From Zancudomyces culisetae HAW-14-8 (taxonomy: Eukaryota > Fungi > Kickxellomycota), in contig JBNJNM010000012.1 of the NCBI GenBank assembly GCA_052426225.1, positions 1,488,001 through 1,552,000 of the forward strand: a stretch of 64,000 nucleotides of DNA, read 5' to 3'. The notes below the pieces were generated by a model. It was not told the origin of the DNA. It worked only from the letters and a program-made list of their open reading frames with translations, and made no database searches. Of the stretch, positions 62,432-64,000 are shown piece by piece. The position numbers were made by a program, and so were the translations under genes. How positions within the stretch are numbered: the stretch's first letter is position 1; the number at the start of each line of letters is the position of its first letter.

Positions 62432-63570
62432 ATGGCGAACTTTTAGCAGCATATTTTGATAGTCGATTATTTATTTAAGTGCTTGATTCAACTTCAGTTC
62501 GATCTTTAACAACCCAAACTACGATATAATCCGATTATCGAACATATTAAAAAATTTGGTTCAAATTTTAAAATGAGCAAGCAAAATTTAACAATTAAAT
62601 TTTGTTGGTTGCTAGCAATTTATGGATTTTTGAGACCTTCTGACATTGAACGAATTGACGATTCAAAGATGGTAATCAATAAATATATTGTTAAATTTGT
62701 TATTGTTGGACCAAAAGAAAAGCGAAGTGGAAATCCGATTGAAAAGGTCAGTATAATCCACGCACATAGCGACTATAAATTATGTCCTGTAGTAACATAC
62801 AGAGCATATAAAAAACGCATTGCAACTTTTCCGAGTGTTGCAAACCATCCGATCCTCGATGGAGTACAATTGCACTACCTTATCCGCAACTTAAAGTATA
62901 ACGACAAACACATTGGGGCACAACGAATCAGTAAACACATTAATTCATTGATGTCACTCTTGCAGTTGCCAGAAAGCGCAAAGCTACCAAAAGCTCGAGC
63001 ATTTGGATCTACTAGAGCTACAAAGCTAGGTGCGACATACGACGATGTTATTGCTCAAGGATTTTGAGCAAGTAAAGGTATATTTGATACTTATTATCAA
63101 TTATCACGTAGAACTCGTGAAAATTTAACTCAATTTATCTTGAACTCTGAAGCTACATAATTGTATCTGGATAAGTGAAGCATAATAATATGTTTAGTTG
63201 AATGAAATGAAAACTTATTATTATTATGCGAACATCCAGATACAATTATGTCCCACCCAATTCCCACCCATACCTAGCTCAACGATGGTAAAGATTCATC
63301 AGGAAACAGGGGACATCAGTTTATATATGGTTTAAATTTATTTTATTTAGTTAGTTTTACTTATTTTATAAAAATTATACAGTGATGTCTGTCATTACAC
63401 ACATCATTACGTATAAAGTTTCTAAATTTAAACACTCTTTTTATCGATTTAATTTTTTACCAAATTTTAAGGTAATGGATTAATCGATAAAAATAGTATC
63501 TAGGAAAGAATTTTCGATTTATATAATGATTGGTACACACATAATTGTATCTGGATAAGTGAAGCATAAT
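62432..63570 (+). mobile_element. 3' part of a second DIRS family (YR relic, ICR, right ITR)
   Basis: YR homologous to the DIRS at 1651-12059; ICR hairpin 63156-63250; its 5' part is repeated at 63540-63570. Confidence 0.85.
62573..63160 (+). pseudogene. DIRS tyrosine recombinase (TGA in place of Trp at 63065)
   Basis: GFLRPSDIERID, CPV, PKARAFGS and QGF*ASKGIFDTYY motifs. Confidence 0.9.
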
Positions 63571-64000
63571 CGAACATTTAGAAACAATTGAAATTATTTT
63601 AAGGGTTAAAATATATAATATCTAAAAAAAATTGTAATTAAATAAAGATTAGGTAGTCATAACTGATCATACATTCGCATTTTAATATCAAGTTTTCATA
63701 CATCAACTAAACATATTTTATTTATATTAACAAACTAAAGTTTTATACTTCTACTTCTTCTTGATATATTTATAAGACAGCAAGTGTCTACAATATATAT
63801 TTTTATATTTGTACTTAGTGATTCTCGTTAGTTGGAAATCTAAACAAGTTCATGACACCAACTTAAAAGTAATATACTCATTTACTATCGTCAAGTATTA
63901 TTAAAGATAAGTCACTGCATAAAATAAAACTGTTTATCATCAATTTTAAAATTTAACGGAAAACGCTGTGTAAGTTAGTTTCCTTTTCAATAGTGTATAC

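Overview
Eukaryotic, very AT-rich, gene-free transposon territory. The element families suggest an early-diverging fungus, which is an inference. No host protein gene is evident. Contents: (1) a DIRS-type tyrosine-recombinase retrotransposon (1651-12059) with ITRs and an ICR, whose YR gene is split by an intact Ty3/Gypsy chromovirus with identical LTRs (2824-8370); (2) a decayed tRNA-primed, chromodomain-less Ty3/Gypsy element (12439-17864); (3) three more chromoviruses, one intact (29739-35316) and two decayed; (4) many solo LTRs with TSDs; (5) four copies of one DD34E Tc1 family plus a second Tc1 relic; (6) a second DIRS 3' end. The larger structure is a near-perfect inverted repeat (~21003-26785 vs ~48636-54342). 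Each arm carries an intron-containing tRNA-Tyr(GUA), and the arms enclose nested chromoviruses and a ~7 kb extremely AT-rich tract, a centromere-like layout. The most notable signal is upstream of each tRNA-Tyr: a long end-to-end stack of diverse solo LTRs separated by only 1-5 bp. After the duplication each tRNA copy gained a different new LTR at the tRNA-proximal end (4-bp TSDs TATC and TTAA). This implies a polarised, chronological record of tRNA-targeted insertions. Other signals are an antisense tRNA-derived Pol III cassette in a chromovirus 3' UTR, an LTR-encoded peptide under purifying selection, Tf1-type self-priming, -1 frameshift signals, and a covarying hairpin in the DIRS ICR.
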